64,000 bases of DNA from an uncultured Bacilli bacterium (GTDB taxonomy: Bacteria; Bacillota_I; Bacilli_A; RF39; UBA660), in the NCBI GenBank assembly GCA_934085675.1, contig CAKOHH010000001.1, positions 6,115 through 70,114 on the forward strand, written 5' to 3'. Under the pieces are notes generated by a model, which saw only the letters and a program-made list of their open reading frames with translations, made no database searches and was not told where the DNA came from. Each line of letters opens with the position of its first letter. The stretch's first letter is position 1. The position numbers and the translations under genes are program-made. This document shows positions 48,248 through 58,652 of this stretch, piece by piece.

Positions 48248-48436
48248 ATGTATTATTATGGTAATAATGGTTACTATGGTGGTATGGGTGGCGGATATAA
48301 TCCATGTTATAACACAGGATATGCCGGATACACTTCTGGTTACGGTGCCGGTGCTGCAATTTGGATTGTTTTATTCATCTTACTTGTTATCATTATAGGA
48401 GCCGGCTGGAATTGGAATAACAATTCTAACAACTAA
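48248..48436 (+). CDS. YjcZ-like small sporulation protein (Gly/Tyr-rich N-terminus + TM)
   Basis: 62 aa; GYYGGMGGGYN...AIWIVLFILLVIIIGAGW; strong RBS TTAGGAGGT. Confidence 0.55.
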   Translation: MYYYGNNGYYGGMGGGYNPCYNTGYAGYTSGYGAGAAIWIVLFILLVIIIGAGWNWNNNSNN

Positions 48437-48445
48437 GGATAGATA

Positions 48446-48482
48446 AAAAGGCAACTCATCTCGGGTTACCTTTTTTGATTAA
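48446..48482 (+). terminator. Imperfect hairpin + T-run after yjcZ-like gene
   Basis: AAAAAGGCAAC...GTTACCTTTTTT. Confidence 0.4.
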
Positions 48483-48586
48483 TGGTTGTAGTTTCCATTA
48501 AATCATTTTAACTTTGGTAACTTAAAAGAAAATTTTTGGTTTTTTTAGTTTTTGTGATACAATATTAATGTTTTGGGGTGTTGTAT

Positions 48587-49138
48587 ATGAATTTACCAAA
48601 GATACATATTTTAGAAGAATATGATAAAAAGTTAAGAATGACGAGTAAGGAAGTTACTTTTCCTTTAACAAAAGAAGAAAAAGATATGATTAATGATATG
48701 ATAACTTATCTTACCATGAGTCAAATTAAAGAATATGAAGAAAAGTATAATTTAAGACCTGGAATGGGCCTTTCAGCTGTTCAAGTTGGCTTATTAAAAC
48801 GAATTTTTGTTATTGTTGAAGAAAAAGATGACCATACTTTCAAAAATTATATTGTTATTAATCCAAAAGTTCTTGCTCACAGTGAAGAAGAAATATTTGT
48901 CGGTGAAGGTGAAGGATGTTTATCTATTAATCGTCCTGTCGAAGGAATTGTACCAAGATTTGCTAGACTTACTGTAGAAGCCTATGACACAGAAGGAAAT
49001 AAATTTCGAATTCGCGTTCGAGAAGATATTGCTATTGCCTTTCAACACGAAATTGATCATTTAAATGGTATTTTATTTATAGATAAAATCGATCCTAAAA
49101 ATCCTTTTAAAAATCGTGATAATATGCGAGAGATTTAA
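48587..49138 (+). CDS. def: Peptide deformylase
   Basis: GMGLSAVQVG, EGCLS, QHEIDHLNG (HExxH); ATG 48587 with RBS GGGGTG. Confidence 0.9.
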   Translation: MNLPKIHILEEYDKKLRMTSKEVTFPLTKEEKDMINDMITYLTMSQIKEYEEKYNLRPGMGLSAVQVGLLKRIFVIVEEKDDHTFKNYIVINPKVLAHSEEEIFVGEGEGCLSINRPVEGIVPRFARLTVEAYDTEGNKFRIRVREDIAIAFQHEIDHLNGILFIDKIDPKNPFKNRDNMREI

Positions 49139-49142
49139 TAAA

Positions 49143-49186
49143 AAACGCCTATCATAAAATAGAATTATGATTGGCGTTTTTTGACA
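49143..49186. terminator. Bidirectional terminator between def (+) and 375-aa gene (-)
   Basis: AAAAACGCC(A)...TGGCGTTTTTT; minus-strand gene stop codon lies inside the hairpin. Confidence 0.6.
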
Positions 49187-50292
49187 AGTACTTCTTTTGA
49201 TGATTCTTCAAAAGAAGTAAGACATTGTTTCATATTTTCATATAAAGACTTATAGGCATTTAATTCCATACGTAATTTTTGAATTTCCGCTGTTTTTTCA
49301 CTATCACTTTTTTTGAGTTCTTTATTTTCTATTTGCAAAGAATTTAATTCTTCTTTTAATTCTGAATATGTTAATTCATCACCTGCTCCAGCCTTAAAAT
49401 GAGAATTATTGATAGCATAGCAAAGTTTTTTTATATAAAAATCATCATAATCGGTACTAATTGGAAAAGCATTTTTACCAACAGAGGCCGTGATTTCTTC
49501 TAAGAAAGCATTGTTTCTTTCTTTTTCTAATGTCTTATCACGATTATTTAATAACACTCTTTCATAGTCACGAGAAACGACAATAGACATATCAAATTGA
49601 TTCGACCATTGTCTTAGTAATCGTAATCTCAATTTTTTTTCTTCGGAATTAAGCCACATTTTTTTATTAATTTTCTTAATAAAAAGTGTAGTTGGAAAAG
49701 AACACTCTTGTTTTTGTAAGTATTTCATATACTTATCAAGATTACTTTTATTCCAGCACATATTAGAAACAGGAATATAATGTGCATCTTCATCCTTACG
49801 TAAGCCTAATACGGCATAATCATCTTCCATTTCTTTAATAATTAAATAATCAACATCTATGGCTTCTGGTAAATCATCCTGCCAGTTTTTAGATTTATCA
49901 ATTTTTATTGTAGCAGCTACGGCTAACAAACCATAACGGATATTGGTTTCAAAAACTTTAATCTTTTCTTCAATCATCGGTGAAAAAAGCAAATTGAAAG
50001 CAATATTTTTCTTAATAAAATACCCATAAAAGCGATAATAATCATCTAACATATAACGAAGTAATTCAAAAGAATTCATTTTTTTGGTTTCTAATAATGG
50101 ATTGGCATTTTTAATCAAATCGGTATTCACCCCAAGTAAATGAGCAATTCTATTTTCATTAATTTTAAATTGTAAATTATCTCCTGAAGCTATATTGTAA
50201 TAAAAAGTAAAGTCCTTTGTCCGTAACTGTTCATAATATTCTAAACATTTTTTCAAAAGAATACATAATTTTTCATATTTTTCATAACTCAT
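49165..50292 (-). CDS. Hypothetical protein with C-terminal coiled coil (375 aa)
   Basis: ORF between def and smc; heptad-rich C-terminus (LKEELNSLQIENKELKK...). Confidence 0.55.
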   Translation of the reverse strand: MSYEKYEKLCILLKKCLEYYEQLRTKDFTFYYNIASGDNLQFKINENRIAHLLGVNTDLIKNANPLLETKKMNSFELLRYMLDDYYRFYGYFIKKNIAFNLLFSPMIEEKIKVFETNIRYGLLAVAATIKIDKSKNWQDDLPEAIDVDYLIIKEMEDDYAVLGLRKDEDAHYIPVSNMCWNKSNLDKYMKYLQKQECSFPTTLFIKKINKKMWLNSEEKKLRLRLLRQWSNQFDMSIVVSRDYERVLLNNRDKTLEKERNNAFLEEITASVGKNAFPISTDYDDFYIKKLCYAINNSHFKAGAGDELTYSELKEELNSLQIENKELKKSDSEKTAEIQKLRMELNAYKSLYENMKQCLTSFEESSKEVLVKKRQS

Positions 50293-50551
50293 AAAAATCT
50301 CCCCCTGTTTATAAAAACATATTCTATATTTCTAATTAAGAAGTGTCAAGTCTTTTTATACAGGATAAAACTATCAAAAAAAGAATAAAACCTTTGCTCA
50401 ATTTTATTCTTTATATATTTAGTCTTTCTTTAAAGCAATTATCTTGTTTTAACGTCGTACCAATTATCAGATATTTTTTTCAAATAAAAATTAAAACCAG
50501 TACTAAAATAGAACATAATAAATTTTTTTGAGAAGTTGACATTTTCATTAA

Positions 50552-53500
50552 CTACATATCCCTATTTTCTAAAGTAACACTGACAATTTTAGAAACACCT
50601 TGTTCTTGCATCGTAATGCCATATAAAGTACCAGCATATTCCATTGTTCTTTTCTTATGGGTAATAAGTAAGAATTCACTTTTATCTTTTTGTTCTTGTA
50701 AGTATTTACCAAATGTATCAACGTTTGCTTCATCTAAAGCTGCTTCTACCTCGTCTAAAATACAAAATGGTACAGGATAGACATTTAATATTGCAAATAA
50801 AAGAGAAATAGCTGTTAATGTTTTTTCACCACCTGACAATAGTTGAATACTATTTAATTTCTTTCCAGGAGGTTCTGCTACAATTTCAATACCAGTTTCT
50901 AAAATGTTTTCCGGTTCGGTAAGTCTTAATTCACCACGTCCACCTTTAAACATTTTTTTAAATACGATTGAAAACTCTTCTGCTATTTTTTTAAATGCTT
51001 CTTTTAAACGAGTTTCCATAACGCCATCCATCTCATCAATGATTTTATAAAGATCTGTGCAAGATTTTTCTAAGTCTTCTTTTTGCGTCATTAAAAATTC
51101 ATAACGTTCATTTACTCTTTCATATTCACTAATACTACCGACATTGACATCTCCTAAAGCTCGTATTTCATTTTTGAGACTCTTTACTTTTAATCTCGCA
51201 ATGTCTTCTTTAATATCAAGTTCATAGTCCATTTTAGCCTTTTCATAAGTAATATGATAATCTTCACTTAAAATATTAAGTAAATAATCCATTTTTGTAT
51301 CTAATTTACCAATTTCAATTTCATGCTTATTAATTTCATTTTCAATTTTATGAAAATGACTATTTTTCTCACGATATTTATTTTCTAATTCTGAAATAGA
51401 AGAAGAAAGTTCACTTTTTTCTTTTTGTAAGTCTGTCAAAGCACGGGTTATTTTTTCTTTGGCAATTTCCACATTCTTTTTCTCATCTAAAATAGTAACA
51501 ATAGAAGCCGCTACGGTGCCATTTTTTAACATACTTGCTGAAGCCATGTCCTCTTTTAAAGATGCTAATTTGTTTTCATTTTCCTCTTTATCTTTATTTT
51601 TACTTTTAAGTAGTTCTACTTGATAAAAAATATCTTTTTCTAATTTAGAAATTTTTTCTTTTCTTTCTTCACTTTCTTGTTGTAATTCTTCCTTTTTACT
51701 TAAAATATTTTTTAATGTAACTTCATTTTCTTTTAAAGCCTCTTGGGCATTTATTAAATCTTTCTTTTCTGTTAAAAATGACGTTTGTTTTTTAATAGAA
51801 CCACCAGTTAGTGAACCACCACTATGCATAATCTCACCATCTAAAGTAACTACTCGATAACGATAATTTAAAGATGAAGCAAGTTGATTCATAGCGTCAA
51901 AATCACGAACGACCAAAACATTACCTAATTGGTTAGTTATAATATTATTATATATTTCATCATACGAAACTAAGTCACTGGCAACACCTAAAAAGCCTAT
52001 AGTTTTTTTAGCTATTTCTAAATCTTCACCACTTATTTTTCGTCCTTTAATGACATTTAAAGGAAAGAAAGTAGCACGTCCTAAATGATTATTTTTTAAA
52101 TAATTAATGGCTTCTTTTGCACAAGTTTCATTATCACAAATGATAAAATTAGAAGAAGCTCCTAAGGCTATATCAATCGCTGTTGTTAATTCTTCTTTAA
52201 TATTTAAAGTTTTACCAATTGTTTTATGAATACCTTTTAAACGAGGATGATTAATAACATTTTTTACAGCAACAGGTAAAGACATATCTTGTTCAATATT
52301 TGCTTCTAATAAATTAATTTTATTTTTCAAAATCAAATTATTACGGGAACATTCCTCGTACTCAGTATTTAAGTGTCTTTCACTTAAAGTTTGCAAAGAA
52401 TCTTTTTCTTCTAAATCACTTAAATCTCTGCGAAAACGATTTAAGTTTGTCTCTAATTTAGTAATATCTTCTTGTAAAAGAGATAATCCTTTAGAAAGAA
52501 GAACTTCTTTTTCTTTTAAGGCTAATAAATTTTCATTAACTTTTTCTTCACTAACCTCATACTTTTGTCTTTCTAAAAGTAATGTGTATTCGGAATTTAT
52601 CTTGGCTAAATTTTCATTAACAGAAATAAGTTCCTTGTTCTTTTTATCGATATCTTCTTCTAAATGTAAAAGTTTTAATTTTAAACTTTCTGTTTCATTG
52701 TTATCTTTAGTACTTGTTACTTCAAGTTTCTCTTTTTCAATTTGTAACTCTTCCATTTCTTTAGCTAATACATTATAAACTTCATGAATTTGATTAATAT
52801 CATAAGTTGTTAAACTAATTTCTAAGCCTTCTAAATCTTTTTTGAAGTCTAAATATTTCTTAGCTTTAATACTTTGTTCTTTTAAAGGTTCTACTGATAA
52901 AGCAAGTTCATCCGTTACTAAAGTTACTTTTTCTAAATTGTCTTTTGTTTTTTCTAATTTACGAACACTTTCTGTTTTACGAGTTTTATATTTTAAAACC
53001 CCAGCGGCTCCTTCTAAGATTATTCTTCTATCATATGGTTTAGAATTTACAATAGATTCAATACTACCTTGACTAATAATGTTAAAAGAATCGACACCAA
53101 TCCCACTGTCTAAAAATAAGTTAGTGACATCTTTTAAACGAACTTTACTATTATTAATATAATATTCGTTTTCGCCTGTATGATAAAGGACTCTTTTTAC
53201 TTCTACATCTTGTAAATCCGTATTTAAAAAATGATCCGTGTTATCAAATGTTAACGCCACCTCACATCTTTTTAAAGGACTTCGTGTTTCACTACCAGCA
53301 AAAATAACGTCACTCATCGCTCCCGCACCACGAAGGCTTTTTACAGATTGTTCACCAAGTACCCATCTAACTGCATCCACAATATTACTCTTACCAGAGC
53401 CATTAGGTCCAACAATAGCTGTTATGTTTGTTTTTAGTTCAATATCTATTTTATCGGCAAATGATTTAAAACCATTAGCACGAATACTTTTTAATTTCAT
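50552..53500 (-). CDS. smc: Chromosome partition protein SMC (short-arm form, 982 aa)
   Basis: N-terminal Walker A GPNGSGKSN, hinge GRATFFPLN, C-terminal signature LSGGEKTLTAISLLFAI + Walker B ILDEVEAALD. Confidence 0.93.
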   Translation of the reverse strand: MKLKSIRANGFKSFADKIDIELKTNITAIVGPNGSGKSNIVDAVRWVLGEQSVKSLRGAGAMSDVIFAGSETRSPLKRCEVALTFDNTDHFLNTDLQDVEVKRVLYHTGENEYYINNSKVRLKDVTNLFLDSGIGVDSFNIISQGSIESIVNSKPYDRRIILEGAAGVLKYKTRKTESVRKLEKTKDNLEKVTLVTDELALSVEPLKEQSIKAKKYLDFKKDLEGLEISLTTYDINQIHEVYNVLAKEMEELQIEKEKLEVTSTKDNNETESLKLKLLHLEEDIDKKNKELISVNENLAKINSEYTLLLERQKYEVSEEKVNENLLALKEKEVLLSKGLSLLQEDITKLETNLNRFRRDLSDLEEKDSLQTLSERHLNTEYEECSRNNLILKNKINLLEANIEQDMSLPVAVKNVINHPRLKGIHKTIGKTLNIKEELTTAIDIALGASSNFIICDNETCAKEAINYLKNNHLGRATFFPLNVIKGRKISGEDLEIAKKTIGFLGVASDLVSYDEIYNNIITNQLGNVLVVRDFDAMNQLASSLNYRYRVVTLDGEIMHSGGSLTGGSIKKQTSFLTEKKDLINAQEALKENEVTLKNILSKKEELQQESEERKEKISKLEKDIFYQVELLKSKNKDKEENENKLASLKEDMASASMLKNGTVAASIVTILDEKKNVEIAKEKITRALTDLQKEKSELSSSISELENKYREKNSHFHKIENEINKHEIEIGKLDTKMDYLLNILSEDYHITYEKAKMDYELDIKEDIARLKVKSLKNEIRALGDVNVGSISEYERVNERYEFLMTQKEDLEKSCTDLYKIIDEMDGVMETRLKEAFKKIAEEFSIVFKKMFKGGRGELRLTEPENILETGIEIVAEPPGKKLNSIQLLSGGEKTLTAISLLFAILNVYPVPFCILDEVEAALDEANVDTFGKYLQEQKDKSEFLLITHKKRTMEYAGTLYGITMQEQGVSKIVSVTLENRDM

Positions 53501-53502
53501 CT

Positions 53503-54165
53503 TTATCTAGCCCTTTTCCGGTAAGCATCACAAGCAGCCTTTTGTTCAGCTTCTTTTTTACTTTTGCCAATTCCTGTTCCAAAAACAATACCATCAATAA
53601 TAACATTTACTTCGAAAGTCTTATCATGAGCTGGTCCTTCTTCTCTTACAATTTCATAGCTTAAACTTTCCTTATCAGTTTGGACCATTTCTTGTAAGGC
53701 TGATTTATAATCCGATAAAAATATTTCTTTTCTTTCAATATAAGGAACAATAATCTTTAAAGCATATTCTTTGGCTACTGTAAAACCACAATCTAAATAA
53801 ATAGCGCCTAAAACACTTTCGAAAACATCAGCCACAATCGTATCATTTATATTATCTAACTGACCATTACCGACTCTAATATATTTATTTAAACCTATTT
53901 CTTTGGCATAAGTAGCTAAGGCATGTTCGCAAACATAACTTGCCCGTGTTTTAGTCATATCACCTTCTCTTAAATCAGTGTTTAAATAAAAATACTCACT
54001 TGTAATAAGTTCTAAGACGGCATCTCCTAAAAATTCCAAACGCTCATATGATTCTAAGTGGTGTTCATTGGCATAAGATGTATGCGTTAATGCCGTTTGC
54101 ATTTGTTTTAAATCTTTTATTTGAATATGATATTTTGCAAAAAATTTTTCAAAGTTCATTTCCAT
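53503..54165 (-). CDS. rnc: Ribonuclease III
   Basis: ERLEFLGDAVLEL signature; C-terminal dsRBD; 220 aa; immediately upstream of smc. Confidence 0.93.
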   Translation of the reverse strand: MEMNFEKFFAKYHIQIKDLKQMQTALTHTSYANEHHLESYERLEFLGDAVLELITSEYFYLNTDLREGDMTKTRASYVCEHALATYAKEIGLNKYIRVGNGQLDNINDTIVADVFESVLGAIYLDCGFTVAKEYALKIIVPYIERKEIFLSDYKSALQEMVQTDKESLSYEIVREEGPAHDKTFEVNVIIDGIVFGTGIGKSKKEAEQKAACDAYRKRAR

Positions 54166-54238
54166 AACCTCCTGTCAAAATTATACACACAGAAAAGTTA
54201 TTTTACAAGTAAGTTTTTTTGTAGTAAAATGATTTTAG

Positions 54239-54454
54239 GTGATAGCTACGCAAAAGTTACTTATTTTTTTGATTAATTTTTATCAAAATTTACCTTTATC
54301 GTCCCACAGTTATTGTCGGTGTATTCCTACTTGTAGTGAATATACCAAACAAGCCATTTTAAAATATGGTTCTTTTAAAGGAATGAAATTGGGACTTCAA
54401 AGAATTATGAAATGCCGTCCTCATGGTATTTATGGCTATCAACCCTTAGAATAA
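54239..54454 (+). CDS. yidD: Membrane protein insertion efficiency factor YidD
   Basis: 71 aa; CRCIPTCSEY motif; GTG start. Confidence 0.75.
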   Translation: MIATQKLLIFLINFYQNLPLSSHSYCRCIPTCSEYTKQAILKYGSFKGMKLGLQRIMKCRPHGIYGYQPLE

Positions 54455-54467
54455 AAGGAGGTGGAAA

Positions 54468-55328
54468 ATGAAAAAAATTATTTATAGCTTCATTTTGGGA
54501 GTTTTACTACTTTTAGCTAGTGGTTGTAATAATCTCGAAAATGCCAATATTTATACGACAACTTATCCAATTGAATATTTAGCTAATACCCTTTATAGTG
54601 ATCACTCCACAGCCTCTTCTATTTATCCTGATGGCGCGGATGTCGAAAATTATACTTTAACTGAAAAACAAACTGATAATTTTAGTAAAGGAACTCTTTT
54701 TATTTATAATGGTACAACCGTTGAAAAGCAAATTGCTAATACCTTAGTAAAAAAGAATAAAAATCTAAAAATTATTGATGCCGCGTATGCCTTAAAATAT
54801 GACTATGGGGTGGAGGAATTATGGCTTAGCCCTAGCAATTATCTAATGCTCGCGGCTAATATTAAAGATAGCCTCCAAGAACAAATTGGTTCTAAATATA
54901 TTAATGCTGAAATTGAAAATAAATATAAAACATTGGAAGAAACTTTATCTATTATGGATGCTGAAATAAGAAGTATTGCTAAAAATGCCAAAAAAAGAAA
55001 TAATCACATTTTAATAGCCGATTCTAATACTTTTAAATATTTGGAAAACTATGGCTTTAAAGTAATTTCGTTAGAAGACTATACTTTAAATACTTCCCCA
55101 TTAGCTTCTTTAAAAAGTAATTTTAAAGCCGGTACTTATAAATATGTTCTAACTAAAAAAGGTGTTGATGAATCAGCCGTTTTAAAAGACCTTAAAAAAG
55201 ACACTTCAGCTGTTTCTATGCCAGTTGATTTTATGAATACTCTTTCTGAAGATAGTAGAAAAGCTAATGAAACATATTTAACAATTATGAAACAGTATAT
55301 TGCTAATTTGAAAACAATAGCCAATTAA
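54468..55328 (+). CDS. Lipoprotein, function unknown
   Basis: Lipobox LLLASGC; RBS AAGGAGGTGG; 286 aa. Confidence 0.7.
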   Translation: MKKIIYSFILGVLLLLASGCNNLENANIYTTTYPIEYLANTLYSDHSTASSIYPDGADVENYTLTEKQTDNFSKGTLFIYNGTTVEKQIANTLVKKNKNLKIIDAAYALKYDYGVEELWLSPSNYLMLAANIKDSLQEQIGSKYINAEIENKYKTLEETLSIMDAEIRSIAKNAKKRNNHILIADSNTFKYLENYGFKVISLEDYTLNTSPLASLKSNFKAGTYKYVLTKKGVDESAVLKDLKKDTSAVSMPVDFMNTLSEDSRKANETYLTIMKQYIANLKTIAN

Positions 55329-55336
55329 TTTTACAA

Positions 55337-55372
55337 ACTGCTTTAAAGGCAGTTTTTCTTTTTCCAGTATGG
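55337..55372 (+). terminator. Rho-independent terminator after lipoprotein gene
   Basis: AAACTGC(tttaaag)GCAGTTTTTCTTTTT. Confidence 0.55.
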
Positions 55373-55425
55373 CTTTTTTTAAAATATCCTTTATTTTTAA
55401 TTATCTTTGTTGTAAAATACGGATA

Positions 55426-55501
55426 TGTCCTCATAGTAAAATGGATATTACAAGATCCTCCTAAGATTTAGTTGTAGGTTCGATTCCTACTGGGGACACC
55501 A
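55426..55501 (+). tRNA. tRNA-Arg (anticodon CCU)
   Basis: Acceptor GTCCTCA/TGGGGAC (one G-U), D-arm GTAA/TTAC, anticodon loop CT-CCT-AA, T-arm GTAGG-TTCGATT-CCTAC, encoded CCA. Confidence 0.8.
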
Positions 55502-55502
55502 T

Positions 55503-55588
55503 GCAAGAATGGCGGAATTGGTAGACGCGCTACTTTGAGGGGGTAGTGAATTATATTCGTGGGAGTTCAAATCTCCTTTCTTGCACCA
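55503..55588 (+). tRNA. tRNA-Leu (anticodon GAG), type II with long variable arm
   Basis: Acceptor GCAAGAA/TTCTTGC perfect 7 bp, GGAATTGGTAGAC D-loop, anticodon loop TT-GAG-GG, 13-nt variable arm, T-loop TTCAAAT, encoded CCA. Confidence 0.85.
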
Positions 55589-55704
55589 ATGTAGAAGTTA
55601 GGTGAACTTTAGTTCAATTTTACCAATGATTATCAATTCTGGAAATGAAATTGACTTTTTTTACCAAAATGTGACAGAACATAAAACAAGCAAAATAATG
55701 ACTA

Positions 55705-56358
55705 CTAACTGTAGCCATTATTTTGCTTTATATTATTAAGTATGCCCATAACTTCATTATATACTTCACTATTATTTTCAAATATTTTCTTTATTTCCTT
55801 GTTTTGATACGATTTAATGAAGTTTTCTATTTCGCTTAACGCCAAAGTAATGTTATCTTTATTTATTTTATCTTTAATAATCATTAATGCTGTATTCCTA
55901 TAGCCCATAATCGCAACACCTGCCAATGATTTATAATATTCTTTATCTGGCAAATTCGATTTTAAATAAAAATTCATAGCAAGTTCATCGGTTATGTGTC
56001 TTGGATTAGTTGGAATTATTTTATTACTTTTAATTACACCAAGTGGTGATAATTCACTAGAGCACTCTATTATTTTAGTGCCATCTGGAATTATTACATC
56101 ATAAACGGTATCTCCGTTAACTAACCATCTTAATATTTTATCTTCGGCATAAAAATCAAATCCGCCCATTTGCTCAGGTTCAGAAGTATTGGGATTCCAT
56201 TTATTTGCAGTATTTACTTCATCAATTTTATATTTAAAATTAAATTCTTTATTTTCAAACATAACTTTCATATACTTTGGTTTACTATATAATTCATTTA
56301 TAATTAAACTGGTTTTATAGTTTTTTAGAAGATTACTTTGTTCTTTATTTGTTATCAT
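55705..56358 (-). CDS. Hypothetical protein (217 aa), second gene of two-gene operon
   Basis: ATGA start/stop overlap with upstream 708-aa gene; no recognisable motif; very AT-rich. Confidence 0.55.
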   Translation of the reverse strand: MITNKEQSNLLKNYKTSLIINELYSKPKYMKVMFENKEFNFKYKIDEVNTANKWNPNTSEPEQMGGFDFYAEDKILRWLVNGDTVYDVIIPDGTKIIECSSELSPLGVIKSNKIIPTNPRHITDELAMNFYLKSNLPDKEYYKSLAGVAIMGYRNTALMIIKDKINKDNITLALSEIENFIKSYQNKEIKKIFENNSEVYNEVMGILNNIKQNNGYS

Positions 56359-58481
56359 AATCTATTCTCTCCTGCTTTTTTACCTATTTCACTAACCAAA
56401 TAACTATCAATCATCTCAACTAATAAATCACTATCAATGCCTAATTCTTGTGAGTGTTTTATATATTTTTTTTTCGTTTCAATTTTATGCTTTTCATTTA
56501 AAATTGCATTTTTTAATATTTCCATATTCATTGCTTTTAACTGATTATCTTCTATAGAACTAATATCGTTTATTATTCCTATTAATATTTGATTTATAAT
56601 ATTCTTTGAAAAATACTTTTCTCTCAAATAGTTATGAGGATATCTTAAACCCATTCTATTATTTTCAAAATCGGTAACTATTCTTGTTAATAAACTAGAA
56701 TTATGTGTTTGATAAAATTCTTCAACCATTTTATTAATTTTAAATAATTCAGATATTGCACATTTTTCCCTATTTATCTTTACAACAGGAATGTTAAAAT
56801 CTTGTGCAGCTTTTAATGAAATTGCTTTTATTCTTTCTTGTTCAACTAATAATTGCTTAGTTTCTTCATCTATTTCTTGATTATTAATATCATTATCAAT
56901 TAATTCTTCAAACATTACTATATAATCTGGATTTTTCTTGTAATGTTCTCTATCTTGAGATAAATCTCTTCTTTCAAATACTAATTCATTATAATCACTT
57001 CGCGTATTATCAATTAAAGAATTTATACTCATAAATTCTCCAAAATGATCTTGAGAATTAATTTGCCTACTTGTACATGTAGAACCTAAATCATGTGAAC
57101 CAGATAATAATAGCATTCCAGTTTCAAAATTAGAAAAACCTAAACATATATTTCTAATTGTTGCAGTTGATAAATTATTATTTGCTATTAAACTGCAACA
57201 ATTACCGTGCGATCTTATAGAATTGTTATTCCAATATTTTGAATAATTTGATTGTGTTTCCATTTCAGGCCTATATGCGCCAACTGATGTTAATATTATT
57301 TTAAAATCTGTTCCAGCATCATATATTTTAACACCATCTTTTACTTCATAATTTTCACTATTGCATTTAAATGTAGAATTTGTTAAATGCCTTAAGAATA
57401 TATCTCTCATCCCATTTTCAAATAATGAAATTGTCATATAATCCAAACAAAAATTACAATTATTTGAAATTTTTTCATATATTTGAAATAATTTATTTAC
57501 ATCAGTTTCATTTGCAACATTATAAATACTTCTATACATGGAAATATATTTATCAGATTTATCAAAATCGATACCGTCTAAATTAAATTTTTCAATTATT
57601 GATTTAGCATAATCAAGTTCTATTCCGTAACTTCTCATCAATATAGCTGTTTTGATATTATTTATATCATCAGTCGAATATTCATTTTGATTCTTAAATT
57701 TATTAATTGATTCACTTGTAAAAGCTAATATTTTTTTTTCAATTTGCCTAAGTTCAGATATACTATTAATTGTAAATTCAAAATTATTATTAGAAAATAC
57801 AAATATCAACAAATCTAAATCATGTTCCGTTAATTGCTCATTTGTAAAAGCATGTGATAAATTTTTAAAACTTTGTGTTTTCTTTTGAAACATTTCATCA
57901 TTATATTTTGGAAATGTCAGCAAACTAGCAGTAATTGATGTTCCAATTATGCCAAGAATTCTTGATATATATGGTATTGCATTACTTGTTTCAGCAACAA
58001 CCTTATTATACATTTTTGAAAAAAGATTTAAACTTGCATCATCCAAACTTAAGATTAATTGTTGGATTCTAATATCAGTAACTAGAAAATCCATATATTT
58101 TTCCAAAAAAGAATATTTATCGTCCAGCAATAATGGATTTAATGTTTCATACCAAGAATCATTATTAGATACAATTTTTTTTAATCTTTTAAATTGTATT
58201 TCTGTTAAAGGCAACTTTACAATTTCAGATTTTACTAAATCATAATCCATCCATAATTGACCCAATAAAACTTTTGTCAAAGAATCAGTTATGTTATATT
58301 TAGAAATATAATATTGTAAATTATCACTTTTGTCACACATAATTTGATAATATTCCACCGGATAGCTATCATCGTTATAGTCTATTTCATCACTTATTCT
58401 ATTGATTAATTCATAATCTACTTTCATAGCCTCACATCCTTGTAATAATACAATATCATAAAAATGATGATACAATATCAA
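56355..58481 (-). CDS. Hypothetical large protein (708 aa by track; 690 aa if ATG 58427 is used), no recognisable catalytic motifs
   Basis: Track start is TTG; first ATG (MKVDYEL, 58427) has AAGGA ~10 nt upstream; no Walker A, no TM; Cys-containing segment HGNCCSLIANN...LSGSHDLGSTC. Confidence 0.6.
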   Translation of the reverse strand: MILYHHFYDIVLLQGCEAMKVDYELINRISDEIDYNDDSYPVEYYQIMCDKSDNLQYYISKYNITDSLTKVLLGQLWMDYDLVKSEIVKLPLTEIQFKRLKKIVSNNDSWYETLNPLLLDDKYSFLEKYMDFLVTDIRIQQLILSLDDASLNLFSKMYNKVVAETSNAIPYISRILGIIGTSITASLLTFPKYNDEMFQKKTQSFKNLSHAFTNEQLTEHDLDLLIFVFSNNNFEFTINSISELRQIEKKILAFTSESINKFKNQNEYSTDDINNIKTAILMRSYGIELDYAKSIIEKFNLDGIDFDKSDKYISMYRSIYNVANETDVNKLFQIYEKISNNCNFCLDYMTISLFENGMRDIFLRHLTNSTFKCNSENYEVKDGVKIYDAGTDFKIILTSVGAYRPEMETQSNYSKYWNNNSIRSHGNCCSLIANNNLSTATIRNICLGFSNFETGMLLLSGSHDLGSTCTSRQINSQDHFGEFMSINSLIDNTRSDYNELVFERRDLSQDREHYKKNPDYIVMFEELIDNDINNQEIDEETKQLLVEQERIKAISLKAAQDFNIPVVKINREKCAISELFKINKMVEEFYQTHNSSLLTRIVTDFENNRMGLRYPHNYLREKYFSKNIINQILIGIINDISSIEDNQLKAMNMEILKNAILNEKHKIETKKKYIKHSQELGIDSDLLVEMIDSYLVSEIGKKAGENRL

Positions 58482-58652
58482 AATAAAATAAAATTTTACA
58501 TTTTTTAACTAATTTTGCTAATACTGTGATATATTTATATCAGTTAGTAATTATTACTAGCTAAAAATTTAGGCCTAATAGTTGTAATACTTCTATCAAA
58601 AGGCATCCAACTAAATAACGATTAGTAAAAGAAGATTTATAAGGAATTATCA

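Noticed and set aside
52584-53510. Three plus-strand ORFs antisense to smc
   Set aside because: Antisense to a conserved essential gene; Ser/Leu-rich artefactual translations.
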